A DNA stretch of 64,000 nt from the NCBI GenBank assembly GCA_022709755.1, contig JAKLIF010000003.1, positions 29,171 through 93,170 on the forward strand, in the 5' to 3' direction. The position numbers and the translations under genes were made by a program. Positions 36,964 to 47,805 of the stretch are shown one piece after another; the stretch's first letter is position 1; each line of letters starts with the position of its first letter. The notes under the pieces were generated by a model. The model saw nothing but the letters and a program-made list of their open reading frames with translations, did not search any database and was not told the origin of the DNA. Origin of the DNA: Elusimicrobiota bacterium (GTDB taxonomy: Bacteria; Elusimicrobiota; Elusimicrobia; FEN-1173; JAKLIF01).

Positions 36964-37934
36964 TCACCCCGACAACGGGAAATACCGGTCCGTTCACGAT
37001 CCTTCTGGCCCGTCCGCGCGGATTCTGCGCGGGGGTGGTCCGTGCGATCGATATCGTGGAACAAGTCCTTCAGAAATATCCCCCGCCGATCTATGTGCGG
37101 AAGGAGATCGTTCACAATAAGGCCGTGGTGGAGTCGTTCCGTCAGAAGGGCGTGCGGTTCGTCGATTCGCTGGAGGAGGTTCCCGCCGGAGGGCTGGTCG
37201 TTTTCAGCGCCCATGGGGTCTCTCCGGACGTGAGGAAACGCGCCCAGGAGAGGAAGCTCCGGGTGATCGACGCCACCTGCCCCCTCGTGACGAAGGTCCA
37301 CCTCGAGGTCCACCGGTTTTTGAAAGATGGGTATTCGCTGGTCCTGATCGGGCATGCCGACCACGACGAGGTCGTCGGCACCGTCGGAGAAGCCCCGGAC
37401 CGGATCCACCTGGTGGCGACGGAGGAGGATGTGGCCGGGTTGGACGTGGGCAACCCCAGTAAGATCATGATCCTCACGCAGACCACGTTGAGCGTCGACG
37501 AGGCGCGCAAGATGATCGAGATCATCCAGAAGAAATATCCCGGAGCCTCGACCCCTCCCCGGCATGACATCTGTTATGCGACCCAGAACAGACAGGACGC
37601 CGTGAAAGAACTCATGCGGGAAGGGATGCAACTCCTCCTGGTGGTGGGATCCCAGAACAGCTCCAATTCCCGACGGTTGTGCGAGGTGGCGCGGAAGACC
37701 GGGGTGCCGGCGCATCTCATCGACAAAGCTTCCGAGATCGAGGACGGCTGGTTCGGCGGCCTCCGTTGCGTGGGTGTCACCGCCGGCGCGTCGGCTCCCG
37801 AATACCTGGTCAGGGATGTGATCCAACGCCTCCAGGCCGCTGGCCGCGGCGTCGTGCGGGAAGTGTCGGTGAGGGAAGAGGAGATCCACTTTTCGATCCC
37901 CCCGGATCTGATGGGGAGTCAGGAGAAACCATGA
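36960..37934 (+). CDS. ispH: 4-hydroxy-3-methylbut-2-enyl diphosphate reductase
   Basis: ATGA start/stop overlap with ispG. FCAGV, TCPLVTKVH and SSNSRRL motifs. Confidence 0.9.
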   Translation: MITPTTGNTGPFTILLARPRGFCAGVVRAIDIVEQVLQKYPPPIYVRKEIVHNKAVVESFRQKGVRFVDSLEEVPAGGLVVFSAHGVSPDVRKRAQERKLRVIDATCPLVTKVHLEVHRFLKDGYSLVLIGHADHDEVVGTVGEAPDRIHLVATEEDVAGLDVGNPSKIMILTQTTLSVDEARKMIEIIQKKYPGASTPPRHDICYATQNRQDAVKELMREGMQLLLVVGSQNSSNSRRLCEVARKTGVPAHLIDKASEIEDGWFGGLRCVGVTAGASAPEYLVRDVIQRLQAAGRGVVREVSVREEEIHFSIPPDLMGSQEKP

Positions 37935-38461
37935 ACGACAAGATGATCCGTCTGACCCGCGAGGGTTTCGTCTCCCCCGTTTCGCAGGACCGCGATCTGG
38001 CGGTGCGTCTGTTGAACCGATCCACCCGGGATTGGGCCGCGGCTCAGTCCCTCCGGAAGGATCCGGAGGCGCTCCTTCATTGCGTGGGGGTGATGGGTTT
38101 CCGTCTGGGATGGGGGCTGATGGCGCTGCGCGGTTACCGGCCGACGGGCCGGGATCCCGAAAGGGCCGTCCATGAGGCCGTCTCGGGCTGGCTGGTGACG
38201 GAGACCGCGTTTTTGACCGGCGACTATGCGCCGCTCCTTCAATCGTGGCGGACCAACCTCTATGAACCCGACATGCCCAACGAATACTTGTCGGCCCTTT
38301 CTCCTTCCGCCGTCTCCAAGAAGATCCTTTCGGTCGGCCGCCGGTATCGGGAGGCGATCCGCCGGTTCATCGGAGAAAATCATCCGGAGTTCACGCCCGT
38401 CCTGAACGGGAGGACGAGGGGATCCACGGACTTGAGCGCGGAAAGGACGTTCCGTGGATGA
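37931..38461 (+). CDS. hypothetical all-alpha protein (weak HEPN-like R-x6-H motif), translationally coupled to ispH
   Basis: 176 aa. ATGA overlap with the ispH stop. RDPERAVH is a weak HEPN-like motif. No confident family assignment. Confidence 0.45.
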   Translation: MNDKMIRLTREGFVSPVSQDRDLAVRLLNRSTRDWAAAQSLRKDPEALLHCVGVMGFRLGWGLMALRGYRPTGRDPERAVHEAVSGWLVTETAFLTGDYAPLLQSWRTNLYEPDMPNEYLSALSPSAVSKKILSVGRRYREAIRRFIGENHPEFTPVLNGRTRGSTDLSAERTFRG

Positions 38462-39182
38462 GGTGATCGTTTTTCAGCATGTCCTCCATGAACATGCCGG
38501 CACTCTGAGCGCCGTCTTGCGGCGGCAGGGATTCAGACTGAGGACAGTCGATGTCTGGAAGAAGATCCCGCCGTTGTCCCGCTTGTCGAGGGCCGCTGGG
38601 TTGGTCGTGATGGGCGGTCCCATGAGCGTCTATGAGTCGCACCGGTATCCTTATCTTCGCCGGGAGATGGAGGTCATCCGGCATTTCATCCGGAAGGGGA
38701 AACCCGTTCTGGGAATCTGCCTGGGGTCTCAACTGATCGCCGGGGCTCTGGGCGCCCGCGTGTATCCGAACCGGGTCCGCGAGATCGGCTGGGTCGCCGT
38801 CCGATCGACCCCGGAGGGCCGCCGGGACCCCGTCTGCGGCGAGATGCCCACTCCCTCCCGTGTGTTCCAGTGGCATCAGGATACGTTCGATCTTCCCCGC
38901 CAGGCGGTCCTTCTGGTCACCGGCGATGACTGCCGTCATCAGGCGTTTCGCGTCGGGAAAACCGTTTACGGGTTCCAATTCCATCCGGAGATGGACGCGA
39001 CCATGATCCGCGATTGGATCCAATCATCGGACGGCCGTCGTGAGATATCCGGATGTCCCGGGAACTCGCCGGAGAGGATCCTCCGGGACACCCGCCGCTC
39101 GCTGTCTGGAATGAAACGGTGGGGCCGCCGGCTGTTCAACGCTTTTTCATCGACGATACGCGGGTCCCATCCCGGGGCCTGA
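38454..39182 (+). CDS. class I glutamine amidotransferase-like protein
   Basis: GICLGSQL (nucleophile Cys) and FQFHPE (His/Glu) motifs. Overlaps the upstream gene by 8 nt. Confidence 0.75.
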   Translation: MDEVIVFQHVLHEHAGTLSAVLRRQGFRLRTVDVWKKIPPLSRLSRAAGLVVMGGPMSVYESHRYPYLRREMEVIRHFIRKGKPVLGICLGSQLIAGALGARVYPNRVREIGWVAVRSTPEGRRDPVCGEMPTPSRVFQWHQDTFDLPRQAVLLVTGDDCRHQAFRVGKTVYGFQFHPEMDATMIRDWIQSSDGRREISGCPGNSPERILRDTRRSLSGMKRWGRRLFNAFSSTIRGSHPGA

Positions 39183-39202
39183 GAATAAAGTCCTCCAAAA
39201 GA

Positions 39203-40897
39203 ATGTATAGAATATTCTTTCATAAAATCCGTTCCAAACATTGGCTCACGGTGTTTGGCGTGTCGTTGGTTTCCTGCACTGTCATGTTCCTGGGGGGCGA
39301 ACTGTATTTCCGGTCACACCAGGACGAATGCGTCACCGCGCACGAATTAACCGAGAACATCCGCTATGAGTGCCATACACAATCCGCATTTTTTCGAATC
39401 ACGACACGGGGTGGAAAGAAATACCTGGTCCACGATGTGCACACGGTCAATTTGGATTGCATGTGTATGAGGGTCAAGGGGGCTGATAATGATCCACTGA
39501 TGTTCCCGGTGGCGAAGGACCCCTCGAAGAAAAGGATCGTCGTGCTCGGCGAGTCGAGCGCGGTGCTGTTGGGTTGGGGGATTGATCGGGTGATCCGGCG
39601 TTCGCCGGAATCGCGGGACTACGAGGTCATGAACTGCGCGCTCGGGGCCTCGAACCTGACGATGCTCGAACGGATGTTTGACGAGGTCAACCGCTATTCA
39701 CCGGACCTGATCATCGTTTATTTCGGCAATAATTGCCATTACAATCTTTGGCGGCTTCCTCGGCGGTATTACCCACTCTACTGGGTGGGACTCGTCGCCC
39801 AGAAGAGCGCCTTGTTGAGTATCCCCTTCAATCGGATCCCTTACCGATATCATGCCGAGACGTTCTCATCCCCCCAACGACTGGCTGGTTACGAAAATTT
39901 CCTCACCCGCCTGGGAGAATATACCCGTCAGAATAAGGTCTCGGCGCTGATCTGCACGGTCCCGGTCAACATGTTGTTCTGGGGCGGGGACAGACCTTAT
40001 GATGAGGAACTGGTCTTTGAACCGCAGTGGCTCTATGTCGTCGGCCGGAAGCAGGAGGCCATCGGGCTCCTGCAAAAAGGTCTCGCATCGGCCCGGCATC
40101 CTTGGCCTCACTATCTGATGGGGGAGTGGATGAGGAGAGGATCCCGATGCGCCGAGGCTTATCGCCATTATCGACGCGCGTTGGATTTGCGCATGGACGG
40201 GTCGGGTGAGAATCTGATCTCACCGACGATCATCAACGAGATGATCCGCCGGAAGTGCCGCGAGGAGGGGTTGATGTTGGCGGATCTGGCAATGGCCATT
40301 CCCCGGGTGTCGGAGTGCGGCATCCCGGGCTGGGATGTTTTTTCGGATTATTGCCATGCGCGCGATTCTTTCGCGGATTATGAGGCGGCACTCGTCTTGG
40401 ACGTTTTGAAAAGGGAGGAGGGTGCGCAAGGAGGAGCCTGGGATATCCCCGTGTCGGACCGTCTTCCATCGGCGAACGCATTCTTTTCGCGGTTACAGGT
40501 CCCGGGAGACATCGATTGGAATCGAGTCCCGGTATTGTTCCGTAGTGTGGTCCATGATGAAATCAAAGGGGAAGGGGAACTGATCCGGTCGATCCATGAT
40601 TGGATCGAATCCAACCGGAAGGGGAAGCCGGCCCGTGACGTGGCTGTGGAATATCTGGTTCTGGGGGAGCTCTGCCGCTATCTGGACCGGGATGAAGAGG
40701 CGGTCGGGTATCTGAAGACGGCGGGACGTGAGGATCCCGGTTGGGAGGAGCCTGATTTTCAAGCGGGAGTCTGTCATCTGAAGAGGGACCACCGGGAGGA
40801 GGCGCGTTCCGCGTTTGAGAGGGCCCATTCCCTCAATCCCCGCCGGCGAGACATCGCCTATTTCCTTGATCGGTTGACCGGGGAGCGCCGTGAATAG
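39203..40897 (+). CDS. membrane-anchored SGNH/GDSL-like hydrolase domain protein with C-terminal TPR-like repeats
   Basis: N-terminal TM (AT-rich codons). IVVLGESSAV (GDS-like block I) and IIVYFGNN (GxND block). Helical repeat C-terminus. Start after the upstream gene's stop at 39182. Confidence 0.5.
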   Translation: MYRIFFHKIRSKHWLTVFGVSLVSCTVMFLGGELYFRSHQDECVTAHELTENIRYECHTQSAFFRITTRGGKKYLVHDVHTVNLDCMCMRVKGADNDPLMFPVAKDPSKKRIVVLGESSAVLLGWGIDRVIRRSPESRDYEVMNCALGASNLTMLERMFDEVNRYSPDLIIVYFGNNCHYNLWRLPRRYYPLYWVGLVAQKSALLSIPFNRIPYRYHAETFSSPQRLAGYENFLTRLGEYTRQNKVSALICTVPVNMLFWGGDRPYDEELVFEPQWLYVVGRKQEAIGLLQKGLASARHPWPHYLMGEWMRRGSRCAEAYRHYRRALDLRMDGSGENLISPTIINEMIRRKCREEGLMLADLAMAIPRVSECGIPGWDVFSDYCHARDSFADYEAALVLDVLKREEGAQGGAWDIPVSDRLPSANAFFSRLQVPGDIDWNRVPVLFRSVVHDEIKGEGELIRSIHDWIESNRKGKPARDVAVEYLVLGELCRYLDRDEEAVGYLKTAGREDPGWEEPDFQAGVCHLKRDHREEARSAFERAHSLNPRRRDIAYFLDRLTGERRE

Positions 40898-40976
40898 AGC
40901 CGCTCGGAATGGGACTTTTTTCCGGGCGGATGTTGACCATCGGACGGCCTTTTGATAATCTAAACCAGCGTTTCTT

Positions 40977-41939
40977 ATGGATCAATCTTCCACTACATCA
41001 CCTGTCGCGCCGGTCAGGCCTCGGTTTTACCAAATCAGCCAAATCATGATTCTGCTGGGATTGGGAACGTTGACCCTTTCCTTCCATTGCATGAGGATCG
41101 GGCGTGAGCCGTTCGCCACGTGGTTCTATAATTTCGCCTGGTGGAGCTATATCCTCGTGATTGACGGACTGGTCTATCGCCGTCGAGGGGAATCCCTGCT
41201 GTTGTCCTATCCCCGTCGTTTTCTGTTGTTGGCGGCTTGGTCGTCCGTCCTGTGGTTCCTCTTCGAGGCGCTGAACTTCCGTTTGAACAATTGGTTCTAT
41301 GTCGGCCTGCCGTCTTCCTCTGTGGCCCGTTGGATCGGTTATTTCATGGCGTATGCGACGGTCGTACCCGCTCTCTTTGAAACGATGGATTGCCTGGATG
41401 CCGCCGGGTTCGTGAGGGATAAGGAATCGAAATACAAACTGTCCTCCCGGGTCCGCGGGCGAGTCTGGGGCGGGGTCGGTATCGTCCTTCTGGTCCTTCC
41501 GATGATTTGGCCCCGCTATTTCTTCCCGCTCGTCTGGGGAGGGTTCGCGTTCCTGGTGGAACCCTGGAATGAACGGTGGGGGCAGCGAGGTCTCTGGGCC
41601 GACCTCCGGGAGGGACGTCTCCGACGGGTGATCCTGCTCTTGTGGTCCGGCTTGATCTGCGGCGGACTCTGGGAATTCTGGAATTTTTGGGCCCGCGCCA
41701 AATGGGAATACAGCGTGCCTTTCGTCGGTTCACTGAAGATGTTCGAGATGCCCGTGCTGGGTTATCTCGGATTCCCCGTTTTTGCCGTCGAATGTTTCAT
41801 CATGACCATGGCGGTCGTGACGCTGTGGAACCGTCTCTCGAGGATCGGCCGATGGAGCCTCGGCTTTGTCGGTCTCGCCTTCGGCCTGTTGTCCTGCTGG
41901 GCTATCGACCATTTCACGGTCAGGTCTTTTTATGGCTAA
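40977..41939 (+). CDS. polytopic integral membrane protein, unknown function
   Basis: ~8 hydrophobic helices, Trp-rich. Confidence 0.5.
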   Translation: MDQSSTTSPVAPVRPRFYQISQIMILLGLGTLTLSFHCMRIGREPFATWFYNFAWWSYILVIDGLVYRRRGESLLLSYPRRFLLLAAWSSVLWFLFEALNFRLNNWFYVGLPSSSVARWIGYFMAYATVVPALFETMDCLDAAGFVRDKESKYKLSSRVRGRVWGGVGIVLLVLPMIWPRYFFPLVWGGFAFLVEPWNERWGQRGLWADLREGRLRRVILLLWSGLICGGLWEFWNFWARAKWEYSVPFVGSLKMFEMPVLGYLGFPVFAVECFIMTMAVVTLWNRLSRIGRWSLGFVGLAFGLLSCWAIDHFTVRSFYG

Positions 41940-42921
41940 ACGACTGGGCCGGAGAGCCCGGCGCATCCTGGTCACCGGTGGAGCCGGTTTCTTGGGGTCC
42001 CATCTGTGCGACGCTCTCATCAGCCGGGGTCATTCCGTCATCTGTGTGGATAATTTTCTGACGGGGAAACCGGACAACATCGCTCATTTGATGGGCCATC
42101 CCCGTTTCGAGTTCATCCGCCATAACGTCACCCACGATCTGTTCATCCACGGTCCCCTTCACGCCATCATGCATTTCGCCAGCCCGGCCTCTCCCGTCGA
42201 TTACCTGAATTATCCGATCGAAACGCTGAAAGTGGGGGCGTTGGGGACCCATAAGATGCTCGGCCTGGCTCGGGCCAAGGGGGCTGTTTTTTTTCTGGCA
42301 TCCACTTCGGAAGTCTACGGCGATCCGCAGGTCCATCCGCAGCGGGAGGACTATTGGGGACACGTCAATCCGGTGGGCCCCCGCGGCGTCTACGACGAGG
42401 CCAAGCGGTTCGGCGAAGCCCTTTGTATGGCGTATCACAAGGTCCATCGGATCCCGGTGAGATTGGTTCGGATCTTCAACGTCTACGGTCCCCGCATGCA
42501 ATTGCGCGACGGCCGGGCGGTGCCGGCTTTCATCTCGGCGGCGCTCAACCGGAAACCCTTCCCGGTCTTCGGGAACGGACGGCAGACCCGCTCTTTCTGC
42601 TATATCGACGACATGGTGGACGGATTGCTCCGTCTCCTTTTTTCCGACTACAACGGTCCGGTGAACATCGGCAATCCTCAGGAGATCAGCGTCTTGAAGA
42701 TGGCCCAGACCATCAAGCGCCTGACGAAGAGCCGGTGTCCGATCGTCCATAAGGGGTTGCCCGTCGACGACCCCAAGGTCCGTCAGCCGGATATCACTTT
42801 GGCCAAACGATTGTTAGGTTGGAGCCCTCGGGTATCGCTGGAGGACGGTCTGAGCCGGACGATCCGCTGGTTTCGTGAGGAACGATACGAAAAGCGGGAG
42901 AGAACCCATGAAAAAAAATAG
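41932..42921 (+). CDS. UDP-glucuronate decarboxylase (UDP-xylose synthase-like extended SDR)
   Basis: [21 protein letters not shown] and the typical UXS/ArnA C-terminal region. Overlaps the upstream stop by 8 nt. Confidence 0.85.
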   Translation: MAKRLGRRARRILVTGGAGFLGSHLCDALISRGHSVICVDNFLTGKPDNIAHLMGHPRFEFIRHNVTHDLFIHGPLHAIMHFASPASPVDYLNYPIETLKVGALGTHKMLGLARAKGAVFFLASTSEVYGDPQVHPQREDYWGHVNPVGPRGVYDEAKRFGEALCMAYHKVHRIPVRLVRIFNVYGPRMQLRDGRAVPAFISAALNRKPFPVFGNGRQTRSFCYIDDMVDGLLRLLFSDYNGPVNIGNPQEISVLKMAQTIKRLTKSRCPIVHKGLPVDDPKVRQPDITLAKRLLGWSPRVSLEDGLSRTIRWFREERYEKRERTHEKK

Positions 42922-44899
42922 ATTCATCACTTTGATGATCGCCGTGTCCTGGTCGCTGCTCGTGACGATCCTGTTCCTCCGGGGGTCGTTCCAGGGGCTG
43001 GAGAACAAGACCGTTGATTCCCGTTTCGCCCTCCGAGGACAACGCGCGCCGGACCCGCGGGTCGTGATCATCACGGTGGATGAAAAATCCATCGCCGAGA
43101 TGGGCCGTTGGCCTTGGCCCCGACACATCCACGCCCAGTTGATCGAACTCCTGACGAAGGCCGGCGCCACGTCCATCGCGTTCGATATGCTATCGACGGA
43201 AGTGGACAAGGAACATCCGGATTCAGACCAGCGTTTCGCGCAGGCGGCCCAGCAGAGCGGCCGGGTCACGGTCGGGATGTTGTTCCAGCTCGGTGAAGGC
43301 GGAGCGGCCACAGCGCCGTTGTTTCCCTACGAAGCCTTGGCTCAAAAGGCGTCTCTCATGGGTTTCGTCAATAATTTCCCGGAAGCCGACGGGGTCAGCC
43401 GGAAAGTGCCGCTCTACGCCGTCTACAACGATCGGCTCTACCCCTCCCTGTCGTGCGCGGCGCTGGCTGTTCATGAAGGCAAAACGCCGGAAGACCTCCT
43501 GGAGAGACTGAACCTGCCTCTGGAGGGGATCTGGAACGAGATGACCGTCAACTATGTGGGCGGGTTCCAGTCGTTCCCTTATTTTTCCTTCGTGGATGTG
43601 CTGAACGGGAAGGTCACCCCGGACACGTTCAAGGACAAGATCGTCCTGATCGGCGGAACAGCCACGGCGCTGTTTGATTTCCGGGCGGTCCCCAATGTCC
43701 CCGTTTTTCCGGGGCTGGAGATCCACGCCAACGCCATCGACAACTATCTCAACAAAAACCACCTCCGTCATTCCACCTTGCTCCTCGGCGTGCTCCTCAT
43801 CCTGGTCTTCGGCATCAGCTGCGGGCTCATCATGTTCCGCTTGCCGGCCTGGATCGGGGCGGTCTCCATCGGGGCCTGGATGACGGGCTTTTTCTTCTTC
43901 TGTCAGTGGATCTTCGTCAGGACCAACGTGGTCATCGACTTCGTGGGGCCGACGGTCTCCCTGTTGGGATGCTATGTCTTCGTCCTGTTCTACCGGTTCA
44001 TCACCGAGGAACGAGAGAAGCGGTGGATCAAGGGGACGTTCTCCCAATATCTGTCGCCGAAGGTCATCGAGGTCATCACCTCGGATCCCAGCCGGCTTCG
44101 CCTGGGCGGCGAGGAACGCATCATGACCGTGTTTTTCTCCGATCTGGCCGGGTTCACCTCCATCTCGGAAGCCCTCAAGCCGCCGGAACTCGTGGCCGTG
44201 CTGAACGAATATCTCACGGCCATGAGCGAGATCATCTTGAAATACGACGGGGTGGTGGATAAATACATCGGCGACGCCATCATGGCGTTCTGGAACGCTC
44301 CCCTCGACGAACCGCGACACGCCAGTCTGGCCTGCTTCTCCGCGCTGGAGAACATCCAGCAGTTGAAGATCCTTCAAAAGAAGTTCCAACAGCAGGGGTT
44401 GCCGTTGATCGACTGCCGAATCGGGTTGAACACCGGGAACATGGTCGTCGGAAACATGGGATCCAAAAACCGGTTCGACTACACGGTCATGGGGGATTCC
44501 GTCAACCTGGGGTCCCGCCTCGAAGGGGCCAATAAACCGTTCCATACCCGCATCATGGTGTCGGATTTCACATATCAGCAGGCGAAGAACGACGTCGAGG
44601 TCCGCGAACTGGACCTCCTTCGGGTGAAGGGGAAAGCGGTGCCGATCCGCGTCTATGAGTTGGTGGCCCGAAAAGGGGAACTCACCGATACCCAGCGCAA
44701 GGGGTTCGATCTGTATGCCGAAGGGTTGCAATTTTACCGTGACAGGAAATTCTCGAAGGCCGTCGAAAAATTCAAGAAGGTGTATGAGTCCATCCCCGAC
44801 GACGGCCCCTCCGCCGTCTATATCTCTCGCAGCGAAGGATATATCGCCACGCCGCCTCCTCCGGAATGGGACGGCGTCTACGTGATGACCACGAAGTAA
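42908..44899 (+). CDS. CHASE2 sensor domain / class III adenylate-guanylate cyclase
   Basis: N-terminal TM, periplasmic CHASE2, three TM helices, then a cyclase homology domain with [19 protein letters not shown] and [14 protein letters not shown]. Confidence 0.85.
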   Translation: MKKNRFITLMIAVSWSLLVTILFLRGSFQGLENKTVDSRFALRGQRAPDPRVVIITVDEKSIAEMGRWPWPRHIHAQLIELLTKAGATSIAFDMLSTEVDKEHPDSDQRFAQAAQQSGRVTVGMLFQLGEGGAATAPLFPYEALAQKASLMGFVNNFPEADGVSRKVPLYAVYNDRLYPSLSCAALAVHEGKTPEDLLERLNLPLEGIWNEMTVNYVGGFQSFPYFSFVDVLNGKVTPDTFKDKIVLIGGTATALFDFRAVPNVPVFPGLEIHANAIDNYLNKNHLRHSTLLLGVLLILVFGISCGLIMFRLPAWIGAVSIGAWMTGFFFFCQWIFVRTNVVIDFVGPTVSLLGCYVFVLFYRFITEEREKRWIKGTFSQYLSPKVIEVITSDPSRLRLGGEERIMTVFFSDLAGFTSISEALKPPELVAVLNEYLTAMSEIILKYDGVVDKYIGDAIMAFWNAPLDEPRHASLACFSALENIQQLKILQKKFQQQGLPLIDCRIGLNTGNMVVGNMGSKNRFDYTVMGDSVNLGSRLEGANKPFHTRIMVSDFTYQQAKNDVEVRELDLLRVKGKAVPIRVYELVARKGELTDTQRKGFDLYAEGLQFYRDRKFSKAVEKFKKVYESIPDDGPSAVYISRSEGYIATPPPPEWDGVYVMTTK

Positions 44900-44942
44900 C
44901 GGCGATCGCCCCAGCCGGTTTTCCCAGCCGTGTCCCCGATCC

Positions 44943-46337
44943 ATGCGTCCTCCCGATAAATCCAGCCGGATCCATATCCCTTTCGCGTGGAGTTTCCTGC
45001 TCTATCTGTGCCTCTCCGGGCTGGTCGTGACCGTCCATAACCGGATCGTGGATTCCAACGCTATGGATGCCCGCAAGATACTGCACCGGCAAGTGCTGTC
45101 CAACGAGGCTCCGGCGCCCGTGCAATACCGGGTCATGACCGTGTATCTGGCCGAAGGTCTGCAGCGACTCGGGTTCTCTTTTCAATCGTCCTACCTGATC
45201 CTTCGTGGAGTGACCACCCTGTTGGCCGCCCTGTTGCTCCATCGGTTCCTGGCGTGTTATCTCCCTCCGCCGTGGAACGTCTGGGGCGTCACGTTGTTCT
45301 TCGCCTGGTTGCCGCTGACCTATATCAATTACTATATGCAGGAAACCGACCCTCTGAACCTCGTGTTCTATCTGGGGGCGTTCCTCCTCATCCGTCGGAG
45401 GAAGGATCTGTGGTTGATTCCCCTGCTGGCCGTGTCCCTGTTGAACCGGGAGACCCCGGTGCTGATCCCGTTGGTCTGGCTGTTCTACCGGTGGGATGAA
45501 CTTCCCGCCGGAACGACCGTCGCCCGTTTTTCGGGATATACACTCCTCGGGTTGGGCGTCTACGCGCTCCTTCGGTATGTGTTCGGGCACCATCCGGCCT
45601 ATTCCGAGTTCTATTACCTCTGGTTCAACCTGAAATCCTGGGAGACGTATTACTATTTCTTCCTGATCTTCGGGGCGTTCCTCCTCCCGTCGTGGAAAGG
45701 ATGGTCCACCCGGCCGAAATTCCTGCGCCGTCTGGCCCTGTTCATCCCGTTCTTCCTGGTGTTCCATTTGATCATCCCGATCTTCAAGGAATCGCGTCTG
45801 ATCCTGCCCCTGATGCCCGTGTTCCTGGCTTTGGGGTTGTCGGTGTTCTTGGATGACAGGGACCTGGCTCCCGCGCACGCCGAAGAGGACCGGCCCGTCG
45901 TCTGGCGCCCGCCCCTTCCTTCGACGGTGGTCTATGGGGTTCTCTGGGCGGTTTTTACCGGATCGATCTACGTTTTTTCGGCGTATATCGACCGGGTCCA
46001 TGTGAAGGAATTCAGCGTCCGGCAGAAGGCCGAACAGTATTATGAGCGCGGGCGGGAATTCTACGACTTGCAATCGTATACGGAGGCCGTTCAGGAATGG
46101 GAGAGGGGACTCCTGTTTGATCCCGACCATTTCGATATGCACTATCTCTTGGCCGGTCTCTATGCGCGGATGTATGACCTGGAGAAGGCGAGGAAACACG
46201 CGCAGGAATGCCACCGGATATCGCCGGATGACCCGCGCTTCGAGGCTTTGGAGGAGATGTTCCGAGTGACCGAGACGAATTACCGTCAGGCGTTCCGCCC
46301 GTCGGTCCCCGTCCGAAAAGAGAACCCCGCCCGCTAA
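44943..46337 (+). CDS. polytopic membrane protein with C-terminal TPR repeat; function unknown
   Basis: ~10 TM helices. C-terminal YYERGREFYDLQSYTEAVQEWERGL is a TPR. Confidence 0.5.
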   Translation: MRPPDKSSRIHIPFAWSFLLYLCLSGLVVTVHNRIVDSNAMDARKILHRQVLSNEAPAPVQYRVMTVYLAEGLQRLGFSFQSSYLILRGVTTLLAALLLHRFLACYLPPPWNVWGVTLFFAWLPLTYINYYMQETDPLNLVFYLGAFLLIRRRKDLWLIPLLAVSLLNRETPVLIPLVWLFYRWDELPAGTTVARFSGYTLLGLGVYALLRYVFGHHPAYSEFYYLWFNLKSWETYYYFFLIFGAFLLPSWKGWSTRPKFLRRLALFIPFFLVFHLIIPIFKESRLILPLMPVFLALGLSVFLDDRDLAPAHAEEDRPVVWRPPLPSTVVYGVLWAVFTGSIYVFSAYIDRVHVKEFSVRQKAEQYYERGREFYDLQSYTEAVQEWERGLLFDPDHFDMHYLLAGLYARMYDLEKARKHAQECHRISPDDPRFEALEEMFRVTETNYRQAFRPSVPVRKENPAR

Positions 46338-47341
46338 CGTTTTTTTCGCCGTTCCGCCCGCTTGTGTCGTTTTCCTCTGAGATGGTCTTCGTAGGAACTG
46401 TAGAAGGTGTGGCTTCCCTGCCCGTCGGCCAGGAAGAACATGGCCTCGCTGTCCGCCGGGAAAAGAGCGGCTTCCAAGGCCGCTTTCCCGGGACTGCAGA
46501 TCGGCCCCGGCGGTAATCCAAAATGCCGGTACGTGTTGTAGGGGGATGGAACGTCCAGGTCTTTGTAGGTGAGCCGGGGTTTCCATTCCCCGAGACTGTA
46601 TTGCACGGTGGCGCAGGATTCGATATACCACCGCTTTCGGATCCGGTTGTGGAATACGGATGAAACCAACGGACGTTCTTCCGGTTTTCTGGCTTCCCGC
46701 TCGATCAGGGAGGCCAACGTCAGGATCTGTTTGGGTGTATAACGTTTGTCCCTGACCCAGACGTCGGCCGAACGGACATCCGTGGATTTTCCAAACTCCA
46801 CCCGGAGCCGGCCGGTGTCGGCGGCGGTCCGGACCATCTGTTCCCAGACGGTCTCATATTGAGCCCGCATGACGTCGATGACTTGTCCCGGGGATGTCTT
46901 TTTCTCGAGGAAATAAGTCTCCGGGAAGAGGAACCCCTCGGCTCCCCTCGTCGATACCTCCGCCAGGAACGCTCCTCCCCCACAGATACCCGCCTTCTCC
47001 AATTTATCCGCGATCTGCCATGAGGCATACCCTTCCGGGATGGTGACGGAGATCGTCAGGGTGCGCCCTTCTTTGAGGGCGGCCAACGCTTTCCCGGCGG
47101 AATGAGGGGGAGGGAAAGAATAGGTGCCGGCATGGAGGCGGTTGGATCCCTTCCGCAGTTGGACGAGGAAGAGGAACCAGCGCGTGGAACCGATCACCCC
47201 CGCTTCACGGAGGAGCCGGGCGATCTGGGTCGCCGTTGAACCTTCGGGAATGGTGACGGTGATGGGTGTTTTTTCGCCCGGAGCACAGGCGCAGAGCAGG
47301 AAGAACAGCAACAAGAACGCCGCGGAGCCACGCCGGTTCAT
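46334..47341 (-). CDS. mltG: endolytic murein transglycosylase MltG (YceG-like)
   Basis: N-terminal TM then the YceG domain: FLFPETYF, SLIEREA (catalytic Glu), YNTY...GLPPGPI.SPG. Start/stop overlap with ruvX. Confidence 0.8.
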   Translation of the reverse strand: MNRRGSAAFLLLFFLLCACAPGEKTPITVTIPEGSTATQIARLLREAGVIGSTRWFLFLVQLRKGSNRLHAGTYSFPPPHSAGKALAALKEGRTLTISVTIPEGYASWQIADKLEKAGICGGGAFLAEVSTRGAEGFLFPETYFLEKKTSPGQVIDVMRAQYETVWEQMVRTAADTGRLRVEFGKSTDVRSADVWVRDKRYTPKQILTLASLIEREARKPEERPLVSSVFHNRIRKRWYIESCATVQYSLGEWKPRLTYKDLDVPSPYNTYRHFGLPPGPICSPGKAALEAALFPADSEAMFFLADGQGSHTFYSSYEDHLRGKRHKRAERRKKR

Positions 47342-47790
47342 CAGGAGGCCTCCGAGGGGGGCGGGGCCGCCGTCTGGGCGCGGAGGCGGTCCAGATGGGT
47401 CTGGAGGATGAGGCAGGCTGCCGTTTTGTCGACGGTCTGCCGTCGCCGCCTCCGTTGTTTGGCCGGTTTGTCGCGGAGCAGACATTCCGCTTCGAAACTG
47501 GTCAATCGCTCGTCGGAAAATGTCACGGGACAGCCGGAAAGGGCGTGGAGGTCTTCTCCGAACCGCCGCGCAGCCTGCGCGCTGGGCCCTTCGGTCCCGT
47601 TCATGTTGAGCGGGAGGCCCACGACCACCTCACAGGGATGATAGCGCCGGATCAGTTCGATCACGGAGCGGATTGATTGCTCTTTGGATTTGACGGGGAG
47701 GGTGTCTGCGGGGTGGGCCATCAGGCCCAGTTCGTCGGAGACGGCGACTCCGATCCGTTTGGTTCCCCAGTCCAGTCCGATCCGTCTCAT
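47341..47790 (-). CDS. ruvX: Holliday-junction resolvase-like pre-16S rRNA nuclease YqgF/RuvX
   Basis: MRRIGLDWGTKRIGVAVSD N-terminus and the RNase H-like fold. 149 aa. Confidence 0.85.
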   Translation of the reverse strand: MRRIGLDWGTKRIGVAVSDELGLMAHPADTLPVKSKEQSIRSVIELIRRYHPCEVVVGLPLNMNGTEGPSAQAARRFGEDLHALSGCPVTFSDERLTSFEAECLLRDKPAKQRRRRRQTVDKTAACLILQTHLDRLRAQTAAPPPSEAS

Positions 47791-47805
47791 GGAGCGGGCT
47801 CGGTG

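Noticed and set aside
43223-46631. Minus-strand ORFs 43223-44944 (573 aa) and 44772-46631 (619 aa)
   Set aside because: Antisense to the CHASE2-cyclase and the TPR membrane protein. Low-complexity translations. The plus-strand genes have clear domain signatures.
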